A DNA stretch of 50,144 nucleotides from Candidatus Doudnabacteria bacterium RIFCSPHIGHO2_02_FULL_42_25 (GTDB taxonomy: Bacteria; Patescibacteriota; Doudnabacteria; UBA920; O2-02-FULL-48-8): assembly GCA_001777665.1 (NCBI GenBank), contig MFEQ01000008.1, positions 1 to 50,144 on the forward strand. The letters run 5' to 3'. Within the stretch, counting starts at the first letter, position 1. Every line of letters begins with the position of its first letter. Positions 35,169 to 43,920 of the stretch are shown here, piece after piece. The translations under genes were made by a program, and so were the position numbers. The notes below the pieces were generated by a model. The model worked only from the letters and a program-made list of their open reading frames with translations, was not told where the DNA came from and made no database searches.

Positions 35169-37448
35169 TTAAATTTTCAACTTTTCCATCTCCGCCCAGT
35201 TAGTTCCGGCTTTGGCCTCGACGACTAGTGGAACCTTGAGCTCATAAACTGATTCCATTATTTTTTTAATCTTTTGGGCAAATTTTTCAGCATCATTTTT
35301 CAGTACTTCAAAAACTAATTCGTCATGTACTGACAAAAGCATCCTTACTTCTGGTGTTTGTTTTTCAATCTGGATCATGCTTAATTTGATGATATCTGCG
35401 GCCAATGATTGGATTGGCGTATTGAACGCGGCTCTTTCTGCAGCTCCTCGGACTGCAAAATTTGAAGCTAGAATTTCCGGAAAATTGCGAAGACGACCAG
35501 TCGCAGTTCGAATATACCCATCTTGCTTGGTTTGATTTATCGTATCATCTATGTATTTTTTGAGTTTACTAAAGACTGCGAAATAGTCTTTGATGTGTTG
35601 CGATGCCTCTTCATGGCTCATCGCGGACCTCGAAGATAAGCCGAAAGCTGAAACACCATAGAGTACACTGAAGTTGATAGTTTTTGCATCGCGGCGTTGG
35701 GCCGGTGTCACATCTTTCGCACCGACCCCAAAAATACGAGCTGCAGTAGCAGTGTGAAAATCGATATTGTCTTTAAAAATTTTAATCATCTCTGGTTCAT
35801 CTGTCAAAGACGCAGCAATTCGAAGTTCGATTTGTGAATAATCTAGAGACAATAAAACATTGCCTTTGTCCGCGATAAATGCCTTTCGCACTTCGTTTCC
35901 CAGTTCCGTTTTAATCGGTATATTTTGCAAATTGGGATTCAATGAAGATAACCGCCCAGTTGCAGCAATGGTTTGACTATAGGTAGTATGGAGTCGTCCA
36001 TCCTTTCCCACTAGTTCTGGCAGCGCATCGACATACGTAGATTTAAGTTTCGTGATTTCGCGATATTCAAAAATCAAATCAATGATTGGATGCATGCCCC
36101 GCAGTCGTTCTAGCTGCTCCGCATTTGTCGACAACGCTTTTGTTTTGCCTGTTTTTCGTAATCCATCGGCAGTTAATTTCAATTTCTCGAACAACACCTC
36201 TCGCAGCTGAATCGGAGAGGCAATATTAAATTCTGTGCCGGATAAATTATAGATTTGCTTCGTCAATTCATCAACTCGCTTGCCTAATTGTTTACTCAAA
36301 TCCTTCAACCACTTCAAATCAAGTTTGACTCCTCGCTTTTGCATCTTCTCCAGAACCTCCATTAGAGGCACTTCTATATCATGATAAATTTTCAGTAACT
36401 TCTTTTCTTTCAGCTGATTAGCCAATTCGCTCCAGTTGTCTGTTTCATACGTCCGTCGGCCAGGATTAAGTAAGTAAGCCGCGATTAATGCTTGCTTTTC
36501 GTTTTTTATTAAATCATTTGGTTTAGTTTCAACCGTGGTGCTCACTTCCAATCCTGCTGCTGTTTTATGCCCCTTCGGTAACCGTGCATCCAAAGCTTTA
36601 ATTCCTAACGCATGAAAAAGCTTCATGACGGTTAGCTCCTCATAGTCACTTAAAAGTGTTTTCTCAAAATCAAAATCCAAATGATTTTTGCGATCAATGT
36701 GAGCAAGTTTCTGCGATAAATACGCTTTAGGTTTGCCTTCAACTAATTTTTTCAACGTTCCAGGTTTAATCTTTTCACTGTTCCGCTCCACTCCCTCGTA
36801 AACTCCTTCCAAAGATCCGAAAGTTTTAATCAAATCCAAAGCCCCTTTTTCGCCAATCCCAGGTACTCCAGGAATATTGTCAGACAGGTCTCCACGAATC
36901 GCTTTATAATCGACCCACTGTGTTGGATGAAGCCCATAGATCTCGACCATTTTATCAATATCGAAAATTTGGATATCTGAAAATCCGGTTTTGAATCGAT
37001 AGACCTCAGTATGATTATCGATCAGCTGCAATAAATCCAAATCACCAGTCACGATAATATTTAAAACGTCTTTCGGGGTTTGATAGGTAATGATGCCAAG
37101 TAAATCATCAGCTTCATAACCTTGTTTTTCGTAAATGGGAATCTCTAGAGCTTCTAGGATCTCTTTGATTTTTGGTAACTGGATCATTAATTCACTGGGG
37201 GGAGCTTTTCTCGTCGCTTTATAATCCGCAGCCAATTTATCACGGAAGGTCGGACCCTTCACATCAAACGTGACCACAGCATGAGTTGGTTTGATATCAG
37301 CTAGAGCTTTGAAAAGCATGGAAAAAAATCCGAAAATTGCCCCAGTCGGGAATCCTTCGGCATTTGACATCGCCGGCAAAGCATGAAAAGCACGATGAAA
37401 CAGGGCATGCCCGTCAATCAGTAATAATTTTTTCTTAAATTCTTTCAT
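35169..37448 (-). CDS. polA: DNA polymerase I (5' nuclease + polymerase domains, very short middle region)
   Basis: It has an N-terminal FEN-like domain (LLLIDGHALFHRAFHA, GVPGIGEKGA) and polymerase motifs A (LSLDYSQIELR), B (RRDAKTINFSVLYG) and C (SVHDEL). It is 759 aa long. Confidence 0.9.
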   Translation of the reverse strand: MKEFKKKLLLIDGHALFHRAFHALPAMSNAEGFPTGAIFGFFSMLFKALADIKPTHAVVTFDVKGPTFRDKLAADYKATRKAPPSELMIQLPKIKEILEALEIPIYEKQGYEADDLLGIITYQTPKDVLNIIVTGDLDLLQLIDNHTEVYRFKTGFSDIQIFDIDKMVEIYGLHPTQWVDYKAIRGDLSDNIPGVPGIGEKGALDLIKTFGSLEGVYEGVERNSEKIKPGTLKKLVEGKPKAYLSQKLAHIDRKNHLDFDFEKTLLSDYEELTVMKLFHALGIKALDARLPKGHKTAAGLEVSTTVETKPNDLIKNEKQALIAAYLLNPGRRTYETDNWSELANQLKEKKLLKIYHDIEVPLMEVLEKMQKRGVKLDLKWLKDLSKQLGKRVDELTKQIYNLSGTEFNIASPIQLREVLFEKLKLTADGLRKTGKTKALSTNAEQLERLRGMHPIIDLIFEYREITKLKSTYVDALPELVGKDGRLHTTYSQTIAATGRLSSLNPNLQNIPIKTELGNEVRKAFIADKGNVLLSLDYSQIELRIAASLTDEPEMIKIFKDNIDFHTATAARIFGVGAKDVTPAQRRDAKTINFSVLYGVSAFGLSSRSAMSHEEASQHIKDYFAVFSKLKKYIDDTINQTKQDGYIRTATGRLRNFPEILASNFAVRGAAERAAFNTPIQSLAADIIKLSMIQIEKQTPEVRMLLSVHDELVFEVLKNDAEKFAQKIKKIMESVYELKVPLVVEAKAGTNWAEMEKLKI

Positions 37449-37935
37449 TAGATTTTAACCAATCGTCGAGTGCTTCTTGATTATTTTTAAAAGCTATGTC
37501 TTTTGGTAATTCATTCTTATGGAACCATTTTAGCTCTGCTACATCATCATTGGGCTTGGGCTCCCCATTTACTATTTTTACCAAATAAAAAATATTTAAT
37601 GTTGATTGTTCACGATATGTGTCCATATAAAAACCAAAAAACTTAATTACATCAACTTCAACACCTGTCTCTTCTTTTACTTCTCGGTGCAAACCTGTTT
37701 CTGGATGCTCTCCTTTTTCCAAAAAACCACCAACAACATCCCATTTGCCCTTAAATGGTTCAATGCCTCGTCTGCTCAAAAGGATCTTATCACCTTCCAC
37801 TATTAAGGCTGATACTGCCGGATAGGATTTATCGTAAAAAATAAACCCACAATTCTTGCATCGGAGACGTGAATAGCCATGCTCGAAAAATTCTTCAAAC
37901 TCTCCACCGCATTTTGGACAAAATTTATACTGCAT
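37435..37935 (-). CDS. Nudix hydrolase with an N-terminal zinc ribbon
   Basis: It has CPKCGG...CKNCG and a Nudix box (GGFLEKGEHPETGLHREVKEETGV). It overlaps the polA start by 14 nt. Confidence 0.75.
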   Translation of the reverse strand: MQYKFCPKCGGEFEEFFEHGYSRLRCKNCGFIFYDKSYPAVSALIVEGDKILLSRRGIEPFKGKWDVVGGFLEKGEHPETGLHREVKEETGVEVDVIKFFGFYMDTYREQSTLNIFYLVKIVNGEPKPNDDVAELKWFHKNELPKDIAFKNNQEALDDWLKSNERI

Positions 37936-37938
37936 TTA

Positions 37939-38598
37939 TTATTTAATAACTAACGTCTTAACCATCTCAGTCATTTGAGATAAAGCATCTTTCAACTCAG
38001 AACTATCCTTAACTGGAAATTGATTTATATCTTTGCTGTTATAAGACATAGTGATCACTCCTAAGCCTTCAGGAATTCCAAGATTTTTAGAGTTCCATTT
38101 ATAGTTAAAGTAGCCACCAGCAGATTCACTCACATATGAAAAATACCAAACTGTTTGACCGTTTGTTGGCAAAACACAATCGTCTCTTTTATTTTCAGCA
38201 CTGACATACAGATCAGCTCTAGAATAAATATCAAAAACTTGGGTAGTCTCTTTAGCTCCACATGGTTCAGTCGGATGTACAAGAACTACTGCATCAGCAC
38301 TCGGTGCACCCATGGCAATTTCTGAAAACCGGCCACCTATCACCCCGCTTGCCTGACTAGCGGCAGTGTTGATGTAAAGAATATATTTGCCTTTGATAAT
38401 ATTTACTGCTCGAGGATTGGACTTAGGTGAAGAAGCTGTCCAACCCGAAAATGTATTGACCTTAATGTAGGAATTCTCATATGTCTCTGTCGGGGCTGGA
38501 GGCGTCGGTGTCGGACTTAGTGATTGCGGTTGATTATTTTTGTTACAAGAAGCTGCAAATAAACTTAAGCCCAAAACCAAAAATGCCAATTTTTTCAT
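37939..38598 (-). CDS. Lipoprotein, function unknown
   Basis: The lipobox (LGLSLFAASC) is followed by a Pro/Thr linker. Confidence 0.5.
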   Translation of the reverse strand: MKKLAFLVLGLSLFAASCNKNNQPQSLSPTPTPPAPTETYENSYIKVNTFSGWTASSPKSNPRAVNIIKGKYILYINTAASQASGVIGGRFSEIAMGAPSADAVVLVHPTEPCGAKETTQVFDIYSRADLYVSAENKRDDCVLPTNGQTVWYFSYVSESAGGYFNYKWNSKNLGIPEGLGVITMSYNSKDINQFPVKDSSELKDALSQMTEMVKTLVIK

Positions 38599-38664
38599 AA
38601 ATTTTATCCTTCGAGTTCATCATAACAAAAAACCGCCCGCGATCATAATCGGGACGATTCGTTG

Positions 38665-40113
38665 TTAGTCGTTGTTATTGAAGAAAAATTGGCTGGCGAA
38701 ATCCACTTCGCGGGCTGAAGTGCGGCGTCTGGTGTTCGGGCCAGTCGACATATAAGTATTGCCATTGCGAGTAGCTACATCCCATGATCCTGGCCACCAG
38801 GGTTCAAATGCTGAATCATCATCGAGTTTATTTCCAGCAGTATCAAACTTTCTTATATCTGGTCCACCCAGCAGTGGTGCTGTGACTATCTGGTTTGAAG
38901 AAGCAGCGACTCTGACTCCCCCTCGATGATTTGGATCATATGCCATAAATTCACCTGTTATCGTACCCGCACTGTTAAATATCTTCACATGCGGGCCACC
39001 ACCAGCGTTAGGCGCAGTGACGATCAACCCTTTTCCCGCTGCGACATCAATACCAGCTGTAAATGCTTTGTCATAGGCAAAAAAGTCCCAAAAAACGTTT
39101 CCATCAGCGGTAAAAATTTTCACATGCGGTCCGCCTCCTTTATTTGGTGCTGTGACAATCTCGGCCTTCCCATCATTATTCAAATCCGCTGCCGACACTT
39201 TGATCCCACCAAGAAACTTTGGGTCATAAGCCAAGAAGCTTAAAATCTCTGTCCCATCTGCTTTGAAGGCTTTCACATGTGGCCCACCACCTGAAATAGG
39301 CCCAGTGATAATTTCGTCGATTCCATCACCATCCAAGTCACCCGTAGCAACATCAACCCCGCCCCTGAAACCAACAGCATAGGCAAAAAATCCAAACTTT
39401 GGCTCCTGGACTCCTTCATCAAAAATTTGGATATGCGGTCCACCACCAGTTCCAGCTCCAGTGACTATTTCTGAACTAGTATCTGAATCCAAATTACCTA
39501 CAGCTACATTTGCACCACCTTGAAATCCACCATAAGGCAAAATTTCTTGAGGTTGCACCGGTCTCTCTACCGGAGTTGTAATCTTTTTAGCAGCTTGGAG
39601 ACTGGCATAAGGTGAGTATGGCACCCGATCTTTTCGAATCTCGAAGTGCAGATGAGCAGTAGTGGTTTCTGCATTCCCAGAATCGCCCATGTAGCCTATC
39701 AATTGACCAGCCACGACCTTATTTCCACGCTGAATATCTACAGCATAAGCATTGATCCCGTCTCCTTTGCCATCATCAGTGCCTGGAGTGTCGTTGTTCA
39801 TATGAATATAGTGATAAGTATAGCCCTCGGCATCTTCAATCGTGACGCTATAGCCGTAAGTAGCCTGAGGATATGTCACACTCCTCACAGTGCCATCCAC
39901 AGCTGCAACCAAAGGCAGCATCTTTCTTCCCATCAGATCATTGCCTTCATGCGACCGCGACCCGTCACCTCGCGGAGCTCCGAAATCATCCCAATACGTA
40001 ACCGAACCGATTACAGGAAATGTAATCGGTCTAATCAGTGGTGTTTGAGCTTTTGTTTCAGTTAACCAAAATAGATTAGATAAAACTAAAACCAATAGTA
40101 AAAATTTTCGCAT
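38665..40113 (-). CDS. Secreted M23 (LytM-type) metallopeptidase fused to about five FG-GAP/VCBS-like repeats
   Basis: It has a signal peptide and the M23 motifs HEGNDL and GDSGNAETTTAHLHFE. A ~48-aa unit recurs (GDLDGDGIDEIITGP..GGGPHVKAF..DG....F.AYD..F.GG). Confidence 0.75.
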   Translation of the reverse strand: MRKFLLLVLVLSNLFWLTETKAQTPLIRPITFPVIGSVTYWDDFGAPRGDGSRSHEGNDLMGRKMLPLVAAVDGTVRSVTYPQATYGYSVTIEDAEGYTYHYIHMNNDTPGTDDGKGDGINAYAVDIQRGNKVVAGQLIGYMGDSGNAETTTAHLHFEIRKDRVPYSPYASLQAAKKITTPVERPVQPQEILPYGGFQGGANVAVGNLDSDTSSEIVTGAGTGGGPHIQIFDEGVQEPKFGFFAYAVGFRGGVDVATGDLDGDGIDEIITGPISGGGPHVKAFKADGTEILSFLAYDPKFLGGIKVSAADLNNDGKAEIVTAPNKGGGPHVKIFTADGNVFWDFFAYDKAFTAGIDVAAGKGLIVTAPNAGGGPHVKIFNSAGTITGEFMAYDPNHRGGVRVAASSNQIVTAPLLGGPDIRKFDTAGNKLDDDSAFEPWWPGSWDVATRNGNTYMSTGPNTRRRTSAREVDFASQFFFNNND

Positions 40114-40145
40114 CTATAATATCTAACGCAAGATTGAAAGTATTG

Positions 40146-40361
40146 TTACTGGGACTGTCTTCTGCGGGATTCTTCTATACGACGTTTTTCTCTTTCTCTT
40201 TGCGCCTCAGTTCGGGCGTTTTCTTCATCTCTTCTTTTCTGCTCATCTTCCTGTCGTTTACGAGCTTCTAAATCTCTGACCCTATGTTCGGCTTCTTCAA
40301 TTTGTCTTTTTAACTGAATAATCTTATCCTTCTCACGATAAATTTCATCACCTGTACTCAT
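40146..40361 (-). CDS. Small, highly charged coiled-coil protein
   Basis: AAGGAGAGG precedes the ATG. The 71-aa protein is Arg/Glu-rich (RKRQEDEQKRRDEENARTEAQREREKRRIEESRRR). Confidence 0.5.
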   Translation of the reverse strand: MSTGDEIYREKDKIIQLKRQIEEAEHRVRDLEARKRQEDEQKRRDEENARTEAQREREKRRIEESRRRQSQ

Positions 40362-40370
40362 ACCTCTCCT

Positions 40371-42005
40371 TTATTCCTCTGTGACGCGGAAGACTTCTTC
40401 CACGTCAGTTATACCTTCCAAAGCCTTGAGTAATCCATCCTGGGCTTTGGTTAACATGCCGTCGACTACGGCTTGTTTTTTTATATCCAAACTGGTTGCC
40501 GAATCGTTGATCAACTTTTGAATTCCTTCATTGACTACCAAAACTTCATAGATTCCAGTTCTGCCGCTATACCCTAACCCGTGACACTTCTCACAACCTG
40601 GGGAGTGGTAAAAAATTAGTTTTTTCGGCAAATCCACTTTTGATTTTTTGGGGATGGCTTGGAGAATTGTTTCGACCCGACTTTGTAAATTCGCAGGCAG
40701 GGCAGTCTGTTGTTTGCAGAATGTGCAGAGTCTCCTCACTAATCGCTGGGCGATGACTACGCTTAGGGCAGGGGCTAGGACAAACCCTCGAACCCCTATA
40801 TCCAAAAGTCTCGGTATTGCTGCTGCAGCATCATTGGTATGGAGAGTTGAAAGGACGACATGCCCAGTTAAAGCCGCCTGCATCGCAGTTTCAGCTGTTT
40901 CCAGATCACGCATTTCACCTACCATGACAATGTCAGGATCTTGGCGAAGAATTCCTTGTAGAGCCGAACCAAAAGTCATACCTGACCTCGGGTCAATCGG
41001 GGTTTGGGTAATCCCCTCAATTTTATATTCCACCGGATCTTCCAAAGTAATAATTTTCACTCCTGGTTTAATGAGTTTATTCAAAATTGCATAGAGTGTC
41101 GTGGTTTTACCACTACCTGTCGGTCCGGTCGACAGGATCATGCCATTACTTTTTTGTAAGCTTTCCAGAATTCGCTCTTTGGCCAGTCCCCTAATTCCCA
41201 GTTCTTCAAACTGCATCGAGCTTTGATCCTGACGAAGCAATCTCATGACGATTGATTCCCCGAAAGCCGACGGCAACACCGACGTTCGAATGTCTGCTGG
41301 CTGGCCATTAAATTGCAAACTAAAGCTGCCGTCTTGAGTAACGTTGGTCACATTCAATTTCACTTTCGACATAATTTTAATACGCGAGACTAACTGCGGA
41401 TAAGATTTGATATTGAGCGAGGTAACGTCTTGGAGAATTCCATCCACTCGAAATCGAACCTTAAATTCGTCACGCCCTGGTTCGAGGTGAATATCTGAAG
41501 CATTAATATTAAACGCGGTGCCGACCAATATTTCTATAATATCACTGGCCGATAAATCAGAAAGCTGATTGGAAAGTTTTTTTATGCTGGCAACTGTCAG
41601 TCTCGAATCCGAGCTCATTAGTTTGATAGAATTGTCTACCTGTCGCTTACTGACCAGGCGGTTGTAGTTATCCAAAAAATGCTCGAAGCTGCTTTTGGAA
41701 ATCAAAAATAATTCGACTTCCAAATTTTGGCCCGTTAAATGCTTCAAAACCGGTTTAAGGTGATCCCCTAATTTCACGGACCCTAACTTTACGTGCTTGC
41801 CATCTTTAGAAAAAATTATACATTCATAAGACTCAGCCATCTCTCTCGGAAGCAAATTCAAAATCTGCGTATCTGCTGGGAACCCATAAAGGTTCATGTA
41901 CGCAATTGATTGTTCCTTGGCTTTGTCTTTCGTTTCTTCTTCTTCGAACTTCCGATTCAGATCAGAATATATTTGTTTGACTTTTTGTCCCTTGTCAGTG
42001 ATCAT
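40371..42005 (-). CDS. pilB: Type II/IV secretion (type IV pilus assembly) ATPase, GspE/PilB family
   Basis: It has Walker A (GPTGSGKTTT), the Asp box, Walker B (IVMVGEMRD), the His box (GHVVLSTLHTN) and a tetracysteine motif (C..C...C..C). Confidence 0.85.
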   Translation of the reverse strand: MITDKGQKVKQIYSDLNRKFEEEETKDKAKEQSIAYMNLYGFPADTQILNLLPREMAESYECIIFSKDGKHVKLGSVKLGDHLKPVLKHLTGQNLEVELFLISKSSFEHFLDNYNRLVSKRQVDNSIKLMSSDSRLTVASIKKLSNQLSDLSASDIIEILVGTAFNINASDIHLEPGRDEFKVRFRVDGILQDVTSLNIKSYPQLVSRIKIMSKVKLNVTNVTQDGSFSLQFNGQPADIRTSVLPSAFGESIVMRLLRQDQSSMQFEELGIRGLAKERILESLQKSNGMILSTGPTGSGKTTTLYAILNKLIKPGVKIITLEDPVEYKIEGITQTPIDPRSGMTFGSALQGILRQDPDIVMVGEMRDLETAETAMQAALTGHVVLSTLHTNDAAAAIPRLLDIGVRGFVLAPALSVVIAQRLVRRLCTFCKQQTALPANLQSRVETILQAIPKKSKVDLPKKLIFYHSPGCEKCHGLGYSGRTGIYEVLVVNEGIQKLINDSATSLDIKKQAVVDGMLTKAQDGLLKALEGITDVEEVFRVTEE

Positions 42006-42026
42006 AGCAACCTTAGTATATCACAA

Positions 42027-43166
42027 TTAAAGCACGGGTTTGAGGCGGTTTATTTCTGATTTTAAACTATCAATTACTTGTTTTTCGGCATCGACCAAAG
42101 ATGAACGAATTGTAAATTTCACACTTTGTGGTCCAATTGACTGTGGCTGATAAGCTCCGAACAAAGACTGGAAATTTAAAGCTAGCGAACTATGAAAATA
42201 TACGTTAACAGTATTTTCTTCGGTTTCAGATAAAAACATAAACAATTTGGCAAACCCCAACTGGCTGGCCATCTCTTTGATAATTAATTCAACATCCTTC
42301 TCGTCGGCCTCTGATTTAACTATATCCGTTTTCATCAAAGTAGAATAAGCTAATCCGAGTTCGGTTTCTTGTTTTAGTCTGGCGAGAACCCGACCCCACA
42401 GTTTCAAAAATCCTAAACTCTTCGTTTTATATAAATGCGAAATAATTTCTTGCTGTTTGGCTCCGAGACTAATCAGTTGGGAAGCTTTCATAAAAGTTTG
42501 TGGCGTGGTACGAACATGCTGGAAACTATTCGTTTCAGCAATGATTCCTGCAAGCAACTGTGTGGCAATAGTTTCATCGATCAAGGTCGCCTCGAATTTG
42601 TTAATCAAATCGAGAACGATTTCAGAACAAGAAGTCGAATTGAGTTGTACCAAATTGAACTGGCCATAGTTTTCATTGTTCCCTCGAAAATCGATATTGA
42701 CTACAGGCACATCAAAAAATAATTCTGCGTGTTTACCATAAAATTCACCCAAGCTATCTAAAGAAGGGATCCCTATAAGCACAACCAAATCGTATGGAAA
42801 GTTGGACGACCGGAATGTGACATCAGTTGGCGTGAATTCTCCTTTCTGTGGTTTCAAAAAGATCGAGAGCTTATCTGATTCTTTTTTATAACTCAATTCT
42901 GCAACCTGACTTTTTTTTGTCGAGACATCAATGACAAAGCTTTTGGTCAAATCAATTTCGCTCACAACTTCGGCGATTTCAGGAAGAAAATGAAAACGAT
43001 CCGTCACTGAGTAAGGAATTAACAATACACTATCTTTCTCTAATTTCTTTAAAAATGATCGCAATGCCAAAGCAGCCGCAAGACTATCGCCATTGCTGCC
43101 ATTCCCTATAACTAGGATGCTTTGGGAGCTCGAAATTTTCGAGATGATTTGTTGTAATGGTTCCAT
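42027..43166 (-). CDS. DHH/DHHA1 (NrnA-like) family protein with degenerate catalytic motifs
   Basis: It is collinear with NrnA, but motif I reads GNGSNGD, the DHH motif reads IDFRGN, GDT reads AET, and no GGGH is recognisable. Confidence 0.5.
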   Translation of the reverse strand: MEPLQQIISKISSSQSILVIGNGSNGDSLAAALALRSFLKKLEKDSVLLIPYSVTDRFHFLPEIAEVVSEIDLTKSFVIDVSTKKSQVAELSYKKESDKLSIFLKPQKGEFTPTDVTFRSSNFPYDLVVLIGIPSLDSLGEFYGKHAELFFDVPVVNIDFRGNNENYGQFNLVQLNSTSCSEIVLDLINKFEATLIDETIATQLLAGIIAETNSFQHVRTTPQTFMKASQLISLGAKQQEIISHLYKTKSLGFLKLWGRVLARLKQETELGLAYSTLMKTDIVKSEADEKDVELIIKEMASQLGFAKLFMFLSETEENTVNVYFHSSLALNFQSLFGAYQPQSIGPQSVKFTIRSSLVDAEKQVIDSLKSEINRLKPVL

Positions 43167-43198
43167 TTGAATTAGGTAACGATCTTCTATTTAGAACT

Positions 43199-43296
43199 CC
43201 CCTCTCCTGAAGAGGAGAGGGGCCGGGGGTGAGGTGGATTCTAAGGCTAGCTTGGAATCTACCCCTCCCTTAGTCCCTCCCCGCTCACGGGGAGGG
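43199..43296. repeat. Cluster of three GC-rich hairpins in a divergent intergenic region
   Basis: H1 is CCCCTCTCCT-GAAG-AGGAGAGGGG (43199-43222). H2 is GGTGAGGTGGATTC...GGAATCTACCCCTCC (imperfect, around a GCTAGC centre). H3 is CCCTCCCCG-CTCA-CGGGGAGGG (43275-43296). Confidence 0.6.
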
Positions 43297-43377
43297 AAAT
43301 TCTAATCTGAATTAAATTCAAATCTTAATACTATACGGGCTTTGATCAATTTCGTCAACTAACGTAAAATATAGACA

Positions 43378-43848
43378 ATGATATTCAAAAACTTGAACGA
43401 GAAGCAACTAGGGAAGCTGGCGTCTGAATTGGCCAAACAAGTGGTAAAAACGGCCCGCCTGCCACGCCTTGATCGTAAGCATAAAGCGAGGCATGGCGGG
43501 CAGGGAGCAATAATTGGGCTTAGGGGCAATCTGGGTGCTGGAAAAACGACGTTTGCCAAAGCTTTTGCCAAGCAACTGAAGATCCACTCCCTCAAAAGCC
43601 CAACCTTTATCGTCAACCAGCAATACAAACTCCCCGGCCGATCATTATATCATTTAGACTTCTACCGGTTGAATCGCATCAAACAACTAGACCCGTTGGG
43701 CTTAGAGGAGTTACTCATCCGTCCGAATATCGTATTAATAGAGTGGGTCGACAAATTCCCAAAAATCGTCGAAAGTTGTGATATACTAATTAGCTTTAAA
43801 GTTAAACCCAAGGATAAACGTGATATTGAAGTTAAATTTAAAAAATAA
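43378..43848 (+). CDS. tsaE: tRNA threonylcarbamoyladenosine biosynthesis ATPase TsaE
   Basis: It has a P-loop (GNLGAGKTTFAKAF), then SPTFIV and HLDFYRL. A TAAAAT box lies 7 nt before the ATG. Confidence 0.75.
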   Translation: MIFKNLNEKQLGKLASELAKQVVKTARLPRLDRKHKARHGGQGAIIGLRGNLGAGKTTFAKAFAKQLKIHSLKSPTFIVNQQYKLPGRSLYHLDFYRLNRIKQLDPLGLEELLIRPNIVLIEWVDKFPKIVESCDILISFKVKPKDKRDIEVKFKK

Positions 43849-43858
43849 TATGTCTCCC

Positions 43859-43920
43859 ATCCCGGACTTGATCCGGGATCTTACTAAAGGCTTACGCAAG
43901 ATCCCCGCTTTCGCGGGGAT
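43859..43920. repeat. Two small palindromic hairpins (ATCCCGGA-CTTGA-TCCGGGAT and ATCCCCGC-TTTC-GCGGGGAT)
   Basis: They lie at 43859-43879 and 43901-43920. The first is a variant of the 35142-35162 hairpin. Confidence 0.65.
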
